From Moniliella sp. 'wahieum' (lineage: Eukaryota): DNA of 57,320 nucleotides. A model generated the notes under the pieces. That model was not told the DNA's origin and did no database searches. It saw only the letters and a program-made list of their open reading frames with translations. Shown here one piece after another: positions 1 through 15,722 of the stretch (position 1 is its first letter; the number at the start of each line of letters is the position of its first letter). The DNA lies in NCBI GenBank assembly GCA_003971905.1, contig RSEE01000170.1, positions 1-57,320 on the forward strand. The letters are read 5' to 3'. A program made the position numbers and the translations under genes.

Positions 1-709
1 CCGCTTGCGGGTGCGGGTGCGGGTGCGGTGGGGCCGGCCGACGTAGAGGAGGGCGATGTGGGCATGGGGGGCATGGGGCACAGGACAAGGCCAAGACGAG
101 CGGGAGGAGGCGAGGGAGGGAGGGAGGGAGGGAGGGGTGGGTGGATGGGTGGATACAGGGACCCATGGATGGGGTTAAACGTTAAACGCCAGTGTCTGTA
201 GTACTCAGTGCCCCTGCGCAACGCTGCATGCGCCACACGCTGCGCTGCGGGGGGGCACTGGCCATGCACTGGCGGTGCACTGCCCCCCCGCCGCACCCGT
301 ATCCGACCAATTGCAATGTGTCAGGCGCACCTCTCCGTAGCTATGCGATCCCCTTGCGCCTTCCAGCGTGGCGGGTGCCTCGCCGCGTCACGTGTCATCC
401 GTGCCCCCTTTGGATTGCGCGTGGGCCAGCCTTACACACACAGCCGCGCTATGCTATGCTATGCTATGCGTACGGAGCATAGACCTCCAATTGCACCTCT
501 ACCTCGCACCGCCATGTGTCCTGCTTGGGTGTTGGTACGTCGGGCGCAGGAGTGCGTGTGGTGTTGGACGTTTAAACGCTGAGGCCTCAGACTGAGGCTT
601 GCTCCCCATCCCCATCCCCATCTACTCGGCGTCTCCGGTGTCTCCCAGCGCGATCCTTAGATGGTCCAGGATCGGATGATACGATAGATCGGTCGATCGA
701 TCACTGCAT

Positions 710-1090
710 TTCCAGTGTCCAGTGTCCAGTGTCCAGTGTCCAGTGTTCAGCGTCCAGCGTCCAGTGTCCAACGTCTATTAGCAATGACAAGCGGGCTACT
801 ACTGTGCTCATGTGTGTGCGTAGAAGGGGGGCAATACAATGGCACAGAAGCAATCGTTCAAGGCGACAGGAAGAGGAGAGACAAGGTGCATGCGATCAGA
901 CACCGGCGACGGGCAAGGTTGAATAACGAACAACGAACAACGGATAGCGAATAACGAATAACGAATAACGAATAGCGAATAGGGAAGAGATGGTGAATGG
1001 TGAATGGTGAATGTTGAATGGTGAATGGTGAATGGTGAATGGTGAATGGTGAATAGGGGGCGAGTAACTGGTGAATGGTGAAAGGTGAAA
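710..1090. repeat. Cluster of 7-nt microsatellites: (TCCAGTG)n, (GAATAAC)n, (TGGTGAA)n
   Basis: Directly visible tandem heptamers at ~710-770, ~921-980 and ~990-1090. Confidence 0.95.
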
Positions 1091-1418
1091 CGTCGAATGT
1101 GAATGGCATCCCGGGCAAGGAGGAGGGTAGAACGACGAGCGGCGCCCGGGCGTTCCAACAACACCAACACGCACCGAAAGGGCAAGGGAGGGAAAACGAC
1201 AGAGCAAGAACAGACAGAAAGAACACAGGACCATGGGGAGAACCCGAAACCAAACAGACAAATCCAACGCCAAACCCAACACCAACACCAAACAGACAAA
1301 ACCAAACAGAACAAAACCAACACCAAACCAAAAACCAAACACAGAAACCCACAAACACCCCGTGACCCTGTCTGAGCATTAAGCCTTCCATTGGAGGCTA
1401 GTAGCCACGAGCAAATGC

Positions 1419-1610
1419 GGGCAGGGGAGGGCAGGGGAGGGCAGGGCAGGGCAGGGCAGGGCAGGGCAGGGCAGGGCAGGGCAGGGCAGGGGGCAGGCAG
1501 GCAGGGCAGGGCAGGGCAGAGCAGGGCAGGCAGGGCAGGGCAGGGCAGGGCAGGGCAGGGCAGGGCAGGGCAGGGCAGGGCAGGAGTGCAGGGCAGTGCA
1601 GGGCAGGATA
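1419..1610 (+). repeat. (GGGCA)n pentanucleotide microsatellite, G-quadruplex-prone
   Basis: More than 30 near-perfect GGGCA units. The overlapping PALPC/GQGRA ORFs are translations of the repeat. Confidence 0.95.
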
Positions 1611-1805
1611 GGGTCGATAGGATAAGGCAAGGGCAACAAGGTGAGGGAGATAGCCCCCCCCCCCCCCTGTCACCCTACTACCCTACCTTGCGCCGCGCTG
1701 CCCCGCGCGAACCGAGTACCGTGTTGCTAACCCAAGGCGGGGCGGGGGTTACCGGTTACCGGTTACGGTTACTGGTTGTGACGTTTTTTCATGTGTCGAG
1801 CGAGG

Positions 1806-3905
<2,100 letters not shown>

Positions 3906-5580
3906 GCGCTATGGCAATGGCCGTGACACAGGCCGGAGTGGTGCGAGTGCAGAGTGCAGTGCGCCAGCGCGCACGCCAGAGAGCGTGGCAGAGCAACCCC
4001 CCCCACGAGAGTGCACCTTGTCCGCCCGATCGAGCCAGGCGCCGGGGGAGGGTCACGTGATACGTCTCGCACTGCCTTTTCAGCTAAAAGTTTTCAGCTG
4101 AAATTTAACTTCCGCGTGAAGCTCAAAGATTCAATAGCAATAGGCAATAGCCAATGGAGACGGCTCAGCCTCAGCGCTCAGGAGCTCAGCTTTCAGGCTG
4201 AAAGCCTCACTCATAACCTTGTGCCCCCTACCCTCTACCCCGTTCCCACCCCATATCCATATTCCATCCTAGTATCTACCCGATCCTAGCGCTACCGCTG
4301 CCCACCGATCGAGCATCCCATGACTGTCCCATACCTGTTCCCCAAACGAGCATCTCATGCTCGTCCCATGCCTGTCCCATGCCTGTGCCCCGAGAGAGGG
4401 AAAAAGAGGGCATGGCGTCGCGCCACGCCCCCCGTTGTGGAGGATTGGCGTATCGAGTGCGTATGTCAGATTGCGAGGATGGGGCTCGGAGCGTGGCCAA
4501 GCAAAGCGAAGCGCTAAGCTAAGCCTTCGTTTCGTTTCAGCGAGGGAAGAGGAGGTAAAAGCGAAAGAGTAAGAGTAAAAGTAAGAGTAAGGGGAAGGGG
4601 AAGGGAAAGGAGGGGATAGGAGGGGGTAGGAGGGGTAGGAGGGGGTAGAAGGGTAAGATCGATGAGGCAAGGGCAGTGCGGTGGGAGGGTAGGAGAGTAG
4701 GAGGATGGGGAGGGCGTGATGAAGCTAGATGCTTGAAGCTAGAGGCTTGAAGCTAGAGGCTTGAAGCTAGAAGCTTGAAGCTTGAAGCGGACGCAGCAAC
4801 GGCAGCTCACGCATCATGGGCGCATGCTCGAACGAAGAACGAGCCGGCCGGAGTGGAGGTCCCTACCCGGTCCGCGTGACAAGCCCGAAGCCCGAAACCC
4901 GAAACCCGAAACCCGAAACCCGAAACCCGAAACCAGAAACCAGAAACTCGACAGAAACCTCCAAGCGCGCCCCGCACCCACACCCACACCCGCACCCACG
5001 CCCAAGCCCGCTCCTTGCCACGCGCAGCGTAAGCGGACCAGGACGTCGGCATGCAACCGTCCCGGGGTCTCGCGGTCTCGTGTTTCCGCGGTGCAATAAG
5101 CGTTCCAACTTCCCCATCACCATCACCATCACCATCACCATCACCATCACCATCACCATCAGGTTCGTTCCACCATCAAACGCACCACGCGTCACGCGCA
5201 ACGCTCGTCCTCCCCTCTTCTCCCGTCCCCGTCCGGCCAGCAACAGCACACGTCCCCGACCCGACCTGTGCCATGCCGAAACGGGGAGACGCGTACCAGT
5301 CCCCCCCTTGGGCCTGGGCCTCCGGTCTTCCGTCTCTGGTCTGTAGCGTGATGCATATGCTGGACGGATTCCCATTCCGGAGACCTGAGATGTGAGACGG
5401 GTGCCCATGGTTCCCGGTGGTTCCCGGTGGGTGGGTGCTGGGTAGTGATGGGTGGGTGGCTGCGGTGCGGAGTGCCGAACCGAACCGAACTGAAGGGGAA
5501 AAGGGATACATGCAGTCCGCCGCTCGCCGCTCGCCCCACTCCCCACGTGGTGTCAGGTGTTAGGTGTTAGGTGTCAGGTG

Positions 5581-8500
5581 TCAGGATGGGATGCCATTGG
5601 GCGGCGGGGTGAGCCAGGGCACATTAGCATAATCCCTCGTATTTCGCATGACGTCGGTGCCCCACCATCGGAGCTGGATGGAGCCGTCGCGGGGCAACTG
5701 GAGTGCAAGAAAAACAATGATACTTGCGATGGCAGCGCCGGCATCGAGGGCGGCCGATGTGATGTACTGGTACCGGTCCCAGAACTTGAAGGAGATGTGG
5801 CGGATGAACCACTGAGTGAGCACATTGGGGATGATAAACAGTACGACATTGATCGGTGTGGAAGAAGGGATGAAAGTAGCTGCGAGTAAGAGGACGGGTG
5901 CAGAGACGTACTCGATTTGAGGACGTGCCTTGCCCGCCCACCAGATCGGGACGGGTAACAGTGCCCCACCCAGCATCCACCAGTACAGCGACTGGTACCG
6001 TCCGCTACCGCCAAAGAGGCGTTGAGGACCAATGGTGCCCCATACGATGGAGGAGGTGTAGGCTTGTTGTGCCCCAAGACAGATCATGCCGCCGCGGCCT
6101 GTTGTGGACTGCACAGGTCGTGCACTTTCCACATCAAGAACGACTTGGTGGCGAATTGTACCGTGTACGTCCACAGTACAAAGAGGGTTTGTGCCACGAT
6201 CGAGACCCGCGGTGGCACCTTGAGGTAATGGCCCATCTTGAGTGCCGACGCATAGAGCAGGGCAATGTTGTTGACGGAGATGCAGAAGGTTTTGAACAAG
6301 ATGTTGGTCGCGGCGGAGCCGGGGTGCATGTACCCAGCTACCAAGTCGGCCAGCACATTGGTAAATGAGATAAACAGGTTGGTCTGCGCAAAGACCAAGC
6401 CGGCAGGTAAGAAGAAGATGGCGCAAATGCTAAATGCGACAACCAGACTAAAGATTGGCATGCCAGTGTTAATCCTCGCACCGCCCCAATCCCAATCGCA
6501 AACCCAATCGGTAAAAAGCAAAAGTACACCCACTCAGGCACTTGCGGGTACTTGAACATCATCTTGGCGTGAATATCGTCCTTCTCCGCTCGGCCGTACT
6601 TGATCACCCTACCACCGCATGGTAGTAGTGCAAGCCAAAGTGCACCAGCAGCGCAAATGGCATGGCCAGCCCCGCACCGTAAATCAAATAAAACCCATAC
6701 GAGAGAAAGGCAGGCGAATAGGCTTGGTACTTGGCCTCGCTGTACGGCCCATGCGGCCCATCCAGCACACGGCTCACGTCGTACGCGTGACCGTACTTGT
6801 CGTACACCCCACTGCCCAAGAGGGAAAGTAACCAAAGTTGAGACTCTGCAGGAGAGCAGGGTTAGCACACCAAACACGCACGGCAAAACCAACAACCCAA
6901 GGCAAACAGGCAAACCCAACAAGGACAGAACGTACGTTGGTAAAGAGCAGCACTGTGCCCAGTACGATCCAAAAAATGCAGTAGGCAATAGCGAGGTTGA
7001 GGCTTGTCCACCACGGTGGGACAAGAGGGGAGGTGATGGTAGAGAATTGGGTCCAGTCGAGCGAGATGGGGAAGAGGGCGAGGCCATTTTTGTACCCAAA
7101 CATATGGTTCACCACGACCGACGACGGTTTTGTCCAGCACACCCAATTGAAGAAGCTTAGGGCGGTAGCGAGGTACGTGGGTATGAACTGCCAGCAAGCC
7201 ATGCCGACCATGAGGAACTTGAAGTAGCGTAAGCGGGTGAACCCATTGATCGGTTCCTCCTCGGCGTGTAACACATTGATCAACAGGGAGATGGTGAGGT
7301 TGTATGGCCAGATAGTGCTGGCGGCACGTACGAGGAAACGTTGGCTCAAGCCAGCCAAGCCGATCCCGACAAATGCACTGGACCAACTGACCAGCAAACC
7401 CAGCGCAAACGCACCGCCTTGCACATGGTGGTCCCAGAAATACTTGTTGTCAATCGACGGCAGAATAAAACGGGGTAGCTCGTGTAATTGTTGACTGTGA
7501 CCATGCTCATTTGGGCTAACAGTCCATGCTCCTTCATTGTCCACTCGCCCGGGTTGAGCGCAACAGTCGCGCCCGGACCAAACAAGAAGGAAGGTAAGGG
7601 AATGTTGACATTGGGCATATGACGTGCCCATGCCTTACCCGTCGGCCACGCAAACAACACCATCAATGGCGCCGTCAATGTCGGCGAGGGGAAGCGTAAC
7701 GTCCAATACGCATTGGCCGCGACGGAAATAGTGATACAGGTAAATGCTAAAATCCATACCCGCAACGTATTGCACGCTTCGTCCACATCGTCGCTCTGAA
7801 CACTGATTTGGACTTCGACGTAGGGACTGTCTTCGGCATGCGGGTCTTGCAGCATGACCGTTTGAGGTTGCCGTTGTTAGGCTGGTGAGTGGTGGTGGGG
7901 AAGGAGAAGCGGGACGGGTCCGAGTCAGCTGGCATGGCGTCGAGTGAAATGGGGTGCCAAGCATGGGAGGAGGAGGACAGCAGTACACGTCCGCCCAGGT
8001 CGTACTTGACCTCGGACATGTCCGATCCTTCGCCATCGGCCGGACCGGCCAGAGACGAAAACAGGTCTGCCGACTGGCGAGGACCGGGCGGATAGGGCAA
8101 AGCGTGCTGGGTGACCGACACGTGCGCGCCGTTGGTCCCGCTGAAAGCGCCAGGTGAAAAGGGTGAGAGTGGGGGCGAGGCAGTGGGAGAAGTTGGTGCA
8201 GGGGCTGGGGCTGGGGTTGGAACTGGAGCTGCAGCTGCAGCTGAGGGGACAAGAAAGGATCGAGGGGAAGTGGGAAGCGGGAGCGGGTCTTTGACCGACG
8301 ACAGCGGGTGGGCCAAGGTAGAATCGGCAAAGGCTTGGTTGTAAGCCGGATGGCCCAGCGGCGGGGGGAAGGCCGCAGCGCCTGGGCCCTGCTGCCCCTG
8401 TCCCTGCTGCTCATCCTCCTCGTCCTCTGGCTCTGTCCGGTCGTCAGGCAAGGGAGGCGGTTGGAAGGCAAACACCTTGTCCAGATCCTCTTGGTCCGAG

Positions 8501-8908
8501 TCTTCCTCGCACTCCTCGCGGATGCGCTGAAAGTGGGCATCGTCATCGGCCGTGTTGCGTCCATGGGGGTTGAGCGCAATGTCAATGTCAGGCGCGGGGG
8601 CGCGGGTGCGGGTGGAGGGGCGGATGGAGGAGGTGCTGGGGCGCGGGGGCCAGGCATGAGCAAACTCGTAGGCGGACACGGGGGCGGCGCCGGTGGCGGC
8701 GTGGAAGAAGGCAAAGGGAGCGTCGGCGGGGGAGAAGGCCGGGAGCGGGGCGGGCGCACGGCTGGTGCCGGGGCGGAAGCGGGGCGCGGGTCGGGGTCGG
8801 GGTCGGGGTCGGGGTCGAGGTCGGTGGGGGTGGGGTGGAGGAGGAGGGAGGGAAGAAGGCAAAGGGCGATGCGCCGATGGCCGCTGAGTCGTCGAGCGCG
8901 GCGGACAT
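5581..8908 (-). CDS. OPT-family oligopeptide transporter with a long disordered N-terminal extension (introns, frameshifts)
   Basis: OPT signatures EDSPYVEVQISV, NPGEWTMKEH and LKMGHYLKVPPR, plus the C-terminal WDRYQYITSAALDAG...WWG. Many transmembrane segments. GTACGT...CTAAC...CAG intron at ~6849-6935. Likely ATG at 8908 (MSAALDD) and TGA at 5581. Confidence 0.92.
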
Positions 8909-9892
8909 GGGCGGGGGAGGGGGTGGTGGGGGTGGTGGAGATAGGGATGGCGCTGGGGATGGCGATGGAGACGGCGATGGAGATGGCGATGAAGATGGCG
9001 GTGGCGATGAAGATGGCGGTGGCGATGGAGATGGCGAGGGAGATGGCGGTGGCGATGGCAATGCAGATGAAGATGGAGATGGCAATGCCGACGAAATGCA
9101 GTGGATGGACAGACGGCAGGTGCGGTGGGAAGCCAAGGGTGATGGGCTGGTGATTGGAGGCGGGTGGGTGGGATGCGCCAGCATCACCAACAGGTACCGT
9201 CACTCGGCCGCCGTGTGCCCCCGTGCCGGCTGGGAATTGCGCAATGGTTAATGGGGCGGCGGAGTGCCTGCGTGTGCCTGCGTGTGCCTGGCGCTGCGCT
9301 GCAGGGGGAGCCTGACTGCTGTCTGCATACGTAAGCATGCAGCAGCTGTGCCTGGGCGGCGGCCCTTGCATGGCGGCAAGTCTTAGCGCTTAGGCGATAA
9401 CACTGGGCTAGTGCCGGCCGGCGTGCGCTGCGGTAGCGGCACGGGCGGCGCAGCGCCCCCCCTGCAGCTGCGGCTGTGCCCCCTGCGGCTGCGGCAGCCA
9501 CGGCAGAAGTGTGTTCGGCGGCTTGGCTGGGCTGGTGCTGGTGTCCCCCGGCAGCGCTCCAGCGTTGCGTGCTGCGTACCTGGCTGCTGATTAAGCTTTA
9601 AGAGTTGCCAAAATCCCACGCGCCACCTCACGCACCGCCGGATGTAGCCAGTGGCTGGACTCCGTGCATGGCTACTAGCACCACCCATGCATACATGCAT
9701 ACATGCCCTCCCCACCCACGCTCCAGGTGCCAGCTCGGCACACTGCCAGCACCAGGCAGCAACGCACCACGCCATGCCCTCATCCACAACAACAAAACAA
9801 CAAAACGAGGACCCGCCAGGGTATACTCGAGCACAACGCCAACCGCGCAGCCAACAGTGTGGAGCGAGGTAGGGGCACCCGCGCCGGGGGTA

Positions 9893-12800
9893 TTAGGCAA
9901 AGTCAACATCGACATCAACCGAGGGCCAAGTGGAGGGACGCCGAACCCCAAATGAAGAGCCATACCAAACAAAACAAAACAAAACAAAACAAAACCAAAA
10001 ACGATAGGCAGAGTGCCGCAGTATACTCAGTGGGGGATCAAACAGTGGTGTCTTGTTGGACCGCCGCGGTGGTGCGTCGCGCACGACGCGGAGAAAGATG
10101 GACTCCAACGTGATTGGCTGGACGTTGTAGTCGGTGATGCCGGCGCGCGCGAGCTGGGCCGCGCCGTGGTCCAAGGTACGATACACGTCGGCGATGGAGG
10201 TGGCGATGGAAGGGGGGGTGCAAGAGGTAGAGCAAGGCCGGCAGAGGCAGAGAGGCAAAAGGATAGGAAGAGGAAGAGGAAGAGGGAGAGGGAGAAGCAG
10301 GCAGCTGGGTCACCGGTGGGGACCCAGCCAGAGGGATCTCGTACCGCAACCTATCTTCGTCGCTCTTTCGCGCAAGGGGAACAAGGGCAGCACAACGTGG
10401 GTCCAGATGAACTCGTGCTGGGCCACGAGGGTTGAGGTTGAGGTTGAGGTGGATGAGCCTGGTGCGGAGGGGAGGTGTGCGTCCGCGCCCGGCACGGTTT
10501 TTGCCCCATCGCCACGAGATAAAGGTGCGGCAAGCAGGAACAACTTAATGTCCTGCTTGGAGGAGGACGGGTTGGTCCAACCCGACCCCGACCACGAGCC
10601 TACCTTTTCAGCCGCACCGGCGGTGGCTGACGGGTCGTCGGGCGAGACCAGCGACGCATCCGTGTCGACGAAGGTGGGGGGGCCGCAGGGCGGGGGGGAC
10701 GTAGCGGAGGCAGACGGGTGGGGCGGAGGTGGGGTAGGTGGGGTCCAAGCCCGGTCAATGGCGAATTGAATTTCGACCGAAGGAAAGCGGTTGCGAATGG
10801 ACGCGAGGTCACCAACGAGGAGCAAGTGTCCGTCCTGGATGGCCATTCGGTCGCTGACTGCCTCGACTTCTTCGATCGAGTGGGTGGTGAGGAGGATGGT
10901 GCGTGTGGAGCGGATGCGACGGAGAGTGGACCAGAGGTAGCGTTTGGTCAATGCGTCCACGCCGGAACTCAGTTCGTCCAGGAGGATGACGTGGGGGTTA
11001 CCCAGTAAAGCAATAGCTAGCATGAGACGGCGCTTAGCCCCGCCACTCAATGCGCCCGCTGCGCGCGACGCGAACATGCTCAAGTCGCACAGCGCTAGAG
11101 CAGCGCGCACGTTCCGGTCCCGCTCCTGCTTTGAGCGCGCTACGCCTCGCACGCGCGCGTATGTGCGCAAGTGCGCCTCCACTGACAGACTCAGGTCCAG
11201 CCCGTCCTGCTGCGGGACCGAAGCGAGTCGAGCCCGGACCGCGGTCCGGTGCCGCGCCACGTCCAGCCCACCCACGTACACCTCCCCCGTGGCAGGCGCA
11301 AGGTCAGCGCGGATGAGCTTGTGCAGCGTCGTCTTGCCCGCCGCATTGGGACCAAGCTACGTGGGAGAAGGTAGCGTCGCGGGCAAGATCATCATAGCAT
11401 CAGAGCATCAGAGCATCAGCACGCACAAGATCGGTGGACCTTAAGAACACGAAAAGAAAAGAAAAAGAAAGGAAGGAAGAAAAGAAGACGTACCAACGCT
11501 AACGTCTCGCCCTGCGGGACTCCCAGTGACACATCGTCTACCGCCACCACGGGCCATACGTGACGGTCGCATGCAGTACACGCACGCCATCCGTATTGTC
11601 CGCCTGGTTCACCCGCTCTTCCTCGGCCGCAACAGTCGGGTGAACATTATGGTGAGCGGTACGTTCGAGGTCGGGTGTACTGTGCAGCGGTGTGGATGCG
11701 GGTGCGGGTGCGAAATGGGTGAGGACTTTGGTGAGCCAAGGCGGGAGAATAGTGGGGAGGTGGTGGGCCCACTGCGAGCCAAAAACGTTGCTATCGAGCG
11801 CGACGGTGATGGTGAGAGCGACGAGGAGCCAAAGGATGGCATAGAGGATAGGTCCACCAAAGTATCGTACGGAGCCAGGGCTGGCCTTGGCAAAGTCGGC
11901 ACGACCGTCGCAGAGTAAATTGAACAAGTTGCCCGATAAGAAGATGGCCCATAAGACGGATGTGGCAGGGGCTAAGATGCCCAGAGCCCACCAGATGGTA
12001 TGTAGCATGCCTAGCATATCATCCGTCACGACAAACGTCGCAGCGGCCAAGATGGAAGCTATCATGATGAGCAAAGCGACCACGTTCCAGATTGCCGCGA
12101 CGGCGAAGGCGGCCAAGGGACCTGGTGTGAGGTGGGTGATCCAGAATGCCTGAGCGGTGCAGGCGAGACCCGAGAAGAAGAGCACGAGCCAAAGGTAAGC
12201 AATGTGAAAGAAATGGCCATTGCCAGCGGCGGCGTAGATGATAGCCACGGGCACAGTAGCCAGTATCACGATAGGTAGCTCAGCGAAGAAATGGCCGAGC
12301 CAGAGGGGAAGAGGTCGTTGGCTATTGGTGAGGAGGAGCTGTTGCGCGCCAGACTGCCGTTCGGTCGACGGTACCAACGCAGCCAATGCAGGCCAGACAC
12401 TGTGCACCAAAGCAAAGATGACAGCCATCTTGAGTGCGCCACCTAGGTCGTCACCAAACGCCATGCTGGCCATGGGCTGGAACAGCACTTGCGTCACGGG
12501 CGCAGGCACAGTAGCGTTTCGCTGGGCTGCATCCTGAGCCATAAGCTGGTTAGTCACCACCGACAAGAGTTCTACGCCCGCTACGCCGCCCTGACGATCG
12601 CCGAGCCAGGCAAAGCTAGCTGGCGAAGCGGGGGTAAGGTCGATGCTGCCTACGGGGATCTGCTTCCACGGGCCGGAGGGGTGTGTAAGTAGCAGACCAG
12701 TTGGATGCGCTGACGCCGAGGAAACGAGAAGGCGCATAGGTAGCGTTGAGTGAGCCTGTAAGCGAGGGTGGGAACACATTCACCACTTGCGCCACCGACC

Positions 12801-15722
12801 CCAACGAGTACACTTGTTGGTACTCGGCAAACCCGGGTACAACTTGCGTTGCGGTCCTGGTAAACGTCAGCACTGCCGCACTCCCAGCGATGGAGATGAT
12901 GATGGCCAATAGGCATCCCGGCCACGCGTGCCGGAGCAGTTGGCACCGTTTGAGAAACTGGGCCCAGGCCAGACAGAGTGTGCTGACTGGCCGTCCATCA
13001 CTTAGTTCAAAATGGTGCTTCTCGCCCTGCTCGATCGAAAGAGCAGCAATGGAACCTACATCCTTCTCGCCCGGGTCAGTCTCGTCGCCCGCATCCTGCT
13101 TGCTAGGGCTGCTTCGTGGCTCATCTTCCGCGTGTTCCGCGTCGCTCGACAACGTAAGGAATACATCTTCCATCGTAGCGCCCGAACCATGGTAGTCGAC
13201 GAGCTGGCGCGCGCGGCGCGCCTCTTCCAGCCCATCGAGCAGGGGTGCGACCCGCGCGCGCTCCGTGGTGGGCACAACAAAGGACAACGTGGTATCGGTT
13301 CGGGATCGGCACCGAGCGAGCTGGTCAACTGCAGCAGGATAGATAGCGAGCACCTTTTGCACTATGGGGTCTGGATCGCCACCTGGGGCCAATGTAGCGT
13401 GCACGTGCACGCCACGACCCAAGGGGACCGGAGGGCGACGGGCGATCCTTGAGCGAGCAAACGGCCGGGCGCACCGAGGATCATCACCTGGTCCGCTAAG
13501 TAGTCCACATCGAGGAAATGGGTTGTGTAGAGGATGGTGCGGTGGTGGCGTTCGCGAAGGAGGATGCGCCAGAGCGAGCGACGCGAAATAGGGTCCAACC
13601 CCGTACACGCTTCGTCCACCACGACCAGGGGCGAGGCGCCAACGAGCGCAGTGGCAAGTGAGAGTTTGCGTTGTTGGCCGCCGCTGAGGTGGTGGGGCCG
13701 CGTGGTGGCCTTGGACAGCAGCCCGCATCGGCGTAGAAAGCTATCCGTAGCAGGATCTGCAAACAATGTCCGCGGCCTGGGCCGTGGTGGCGGACGAGCC
13801 AGGCAGGTAACAGTCCACCCAAGCAGATCAGCAGGGACGGTGCGGCGCCGCCTTTGAGCCAGCCAAATACGCCACATGTTCTCGGACGGTCAAGTCGGGC
13901 CAGAAAAAGTTTTGCTGGGGACAGAATCCGATCGTACCGGGAGCCAGATCACTGGGCCGCCTGCCCAAACACGTACCTCGCCCGAGGTGGGAGCGGTCAA
14001 GCCGACAACCATGTTGACGCAGGTCGTCTTGCCGACCCATTTCGTCCTAGGAGCACGGTGATGCCCGGCCGTGCGACCGTCAAGGAACAGTCGTCCATGG
14101 CGACCGAGTCGGGACGCTTGGTATATTGCTTGCTACATGCGATAATGAGATGGCCACAGTCGGATCGACATCTCCTTCTTCTACCTTGCGCGAGCGACCC
14201 ATGGCCAGAGCCAGTAGATGACCTTATCAGGGTAAAACATGATCCGCTCCACTAGCATCGCCAAGAAAAAGTACACCGGAGCGAAGCCAATGGCTGCATG
14301 AGAACCGAGAACATAGTCAGTTACCCAACTCCAACAAAACCGACCCGGCCTGGACAGGGGCTGCAGGGGGGGTAGGGGGTGGCAAGGGCAACGTACCACC
14401 AACATGATTGCCAAAGGCGGGGCCGCGACGGGCCACCATTCCCGGTCTGCCGGGGGACGGGTGACGTTAGCAGGGCGGTAGGCCATCTCCCAGAGATTGA
14501 CCGTGATGAAAAAGTAAATGATGCCCAGGGGGGGAAAAGGAAAGCGAGAAAGACCATGGGTCCCTGGGCAATGTTATCGGGGGAAAAGGAAATGAGAGCC
14601 AAGATGGCGAGTACAATGTCGATGATGGTCACTACGATAGCGGAGCGAGTAGAATGGCGGAAAAACGAGGCAAGGAAAAGGGTGAACGTGGCCAAGGCTA
14701 CTCCTTGGAGTAAGAACCCCACAAGCGGAACAGCAGCTGACGTTCGTGTCCATAGTTTCAGCTTCATCATCATGCCCATCAACAGGTAGGCAGGTACGTA
14801 GGCCAGTGGTGGACCGGCGAGCCAACTGGCCATGCGTGCTACCTGGTTGCATCCGAGCGACAGGAGCAGGTCGGACATTCCGCGCGCTCGTTCGGAGGAA
14901 ACGTCGGTGGCTAGGTGGTAGGGGATGCCAAGGAACCCAACAAAGAAGGCGAGGACAACCACTTGGTTCATGCCGCGCAGAAAGGAGACGCGCGTGCTCG
15001 GTGCCGCTCGCTATTGGTCTGGTGGGAGAATTGGAGCGGCGGGGAAAGTAACTGGGACGCCTGGGGCAGGCAGTCCGTTGAGCTGCAAGATGGCCTGGTC
15101 GAGAGCGAGCTGGAGTGGCAAAATGTACAGTTGCATGTCACTTGATCCGTGTGGGTGCGGACGCGCTTGCGGCCTGGATCAAGCGGAGAGTATAGTTGAC
15201 ATGGAGCGCTCCGTCGGGGGCAGTGGTGATGGGTTGAAGACGACGGCGCCAAAGCAGGGGCTGTAGCCGTTGTAGGACTGCGGGCAGCGGAAGGAGACAT
15301 TGGCAATGGTGTCCATGCGCTGCACGCGTGTCTGGAGCGCGGGCGGGAGGGGCTGGAGCAGGGTGTGGATGATGTTCTCTGCCGAGGGACGGTGGCATTG
15401 GACTGGTCCACCCAGTAGAGCACCTTGCCGAGCGCGCCAGCGCGTCGTCCAGCGGCCGAATGGCGCGCGGGGTGCCCAGCCCCAAGTCCTGAGACGAGGC
15501 GAGGAAGTCCTGGGTGTAGGCGAGGAAGATGTAGTAGGCTACGGGAATGAGCAGGCAGCGCAGCAGGTGGTCTGGGGGCACCGTCAGTATTCGAAGGAAG
15601 CAGCACTCGGGACGCAGTCGACGACGTACCCGCCACGCGTGCCGGAGCACGAGCCAGTTCTTGACGGTCAGCGCGCGGAACTGAGCCCAGGCCAGGCGGC
15701 GCGGCTCACCAGCGGCCCGCAT
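9893..15722 (-). CDS. Full-length ABC transporter, subfamily A (TMD-NBD-TMD-NBD); frameshifted, with introns
   Basis: N-terminus QFRALTVKNWLVLRH is typical of ABCA. NBD1 shows GRNG.GKTT, GFCPQQNFFWPDLTVREH, LSGGQQRKLSLA, VVDEACTGLDPISRR and TTHFLD, followed by the R-motif TMEDVFL. NBD2 shows GPNAAGKTT, LSGGAKRRLMLA, LLDELSSGVD and TTHSIEE, followed by TLESIFL. The 3' end is approximate. Confidence 0.9.

Noticed and set aside
4123..4137. 15-nt exact match TCAAAGATTCAATAG with 54767-54781
   Set aside because: About one such match is expected by chance in a 57-kb self-comparison, and there is no flanking similarity.
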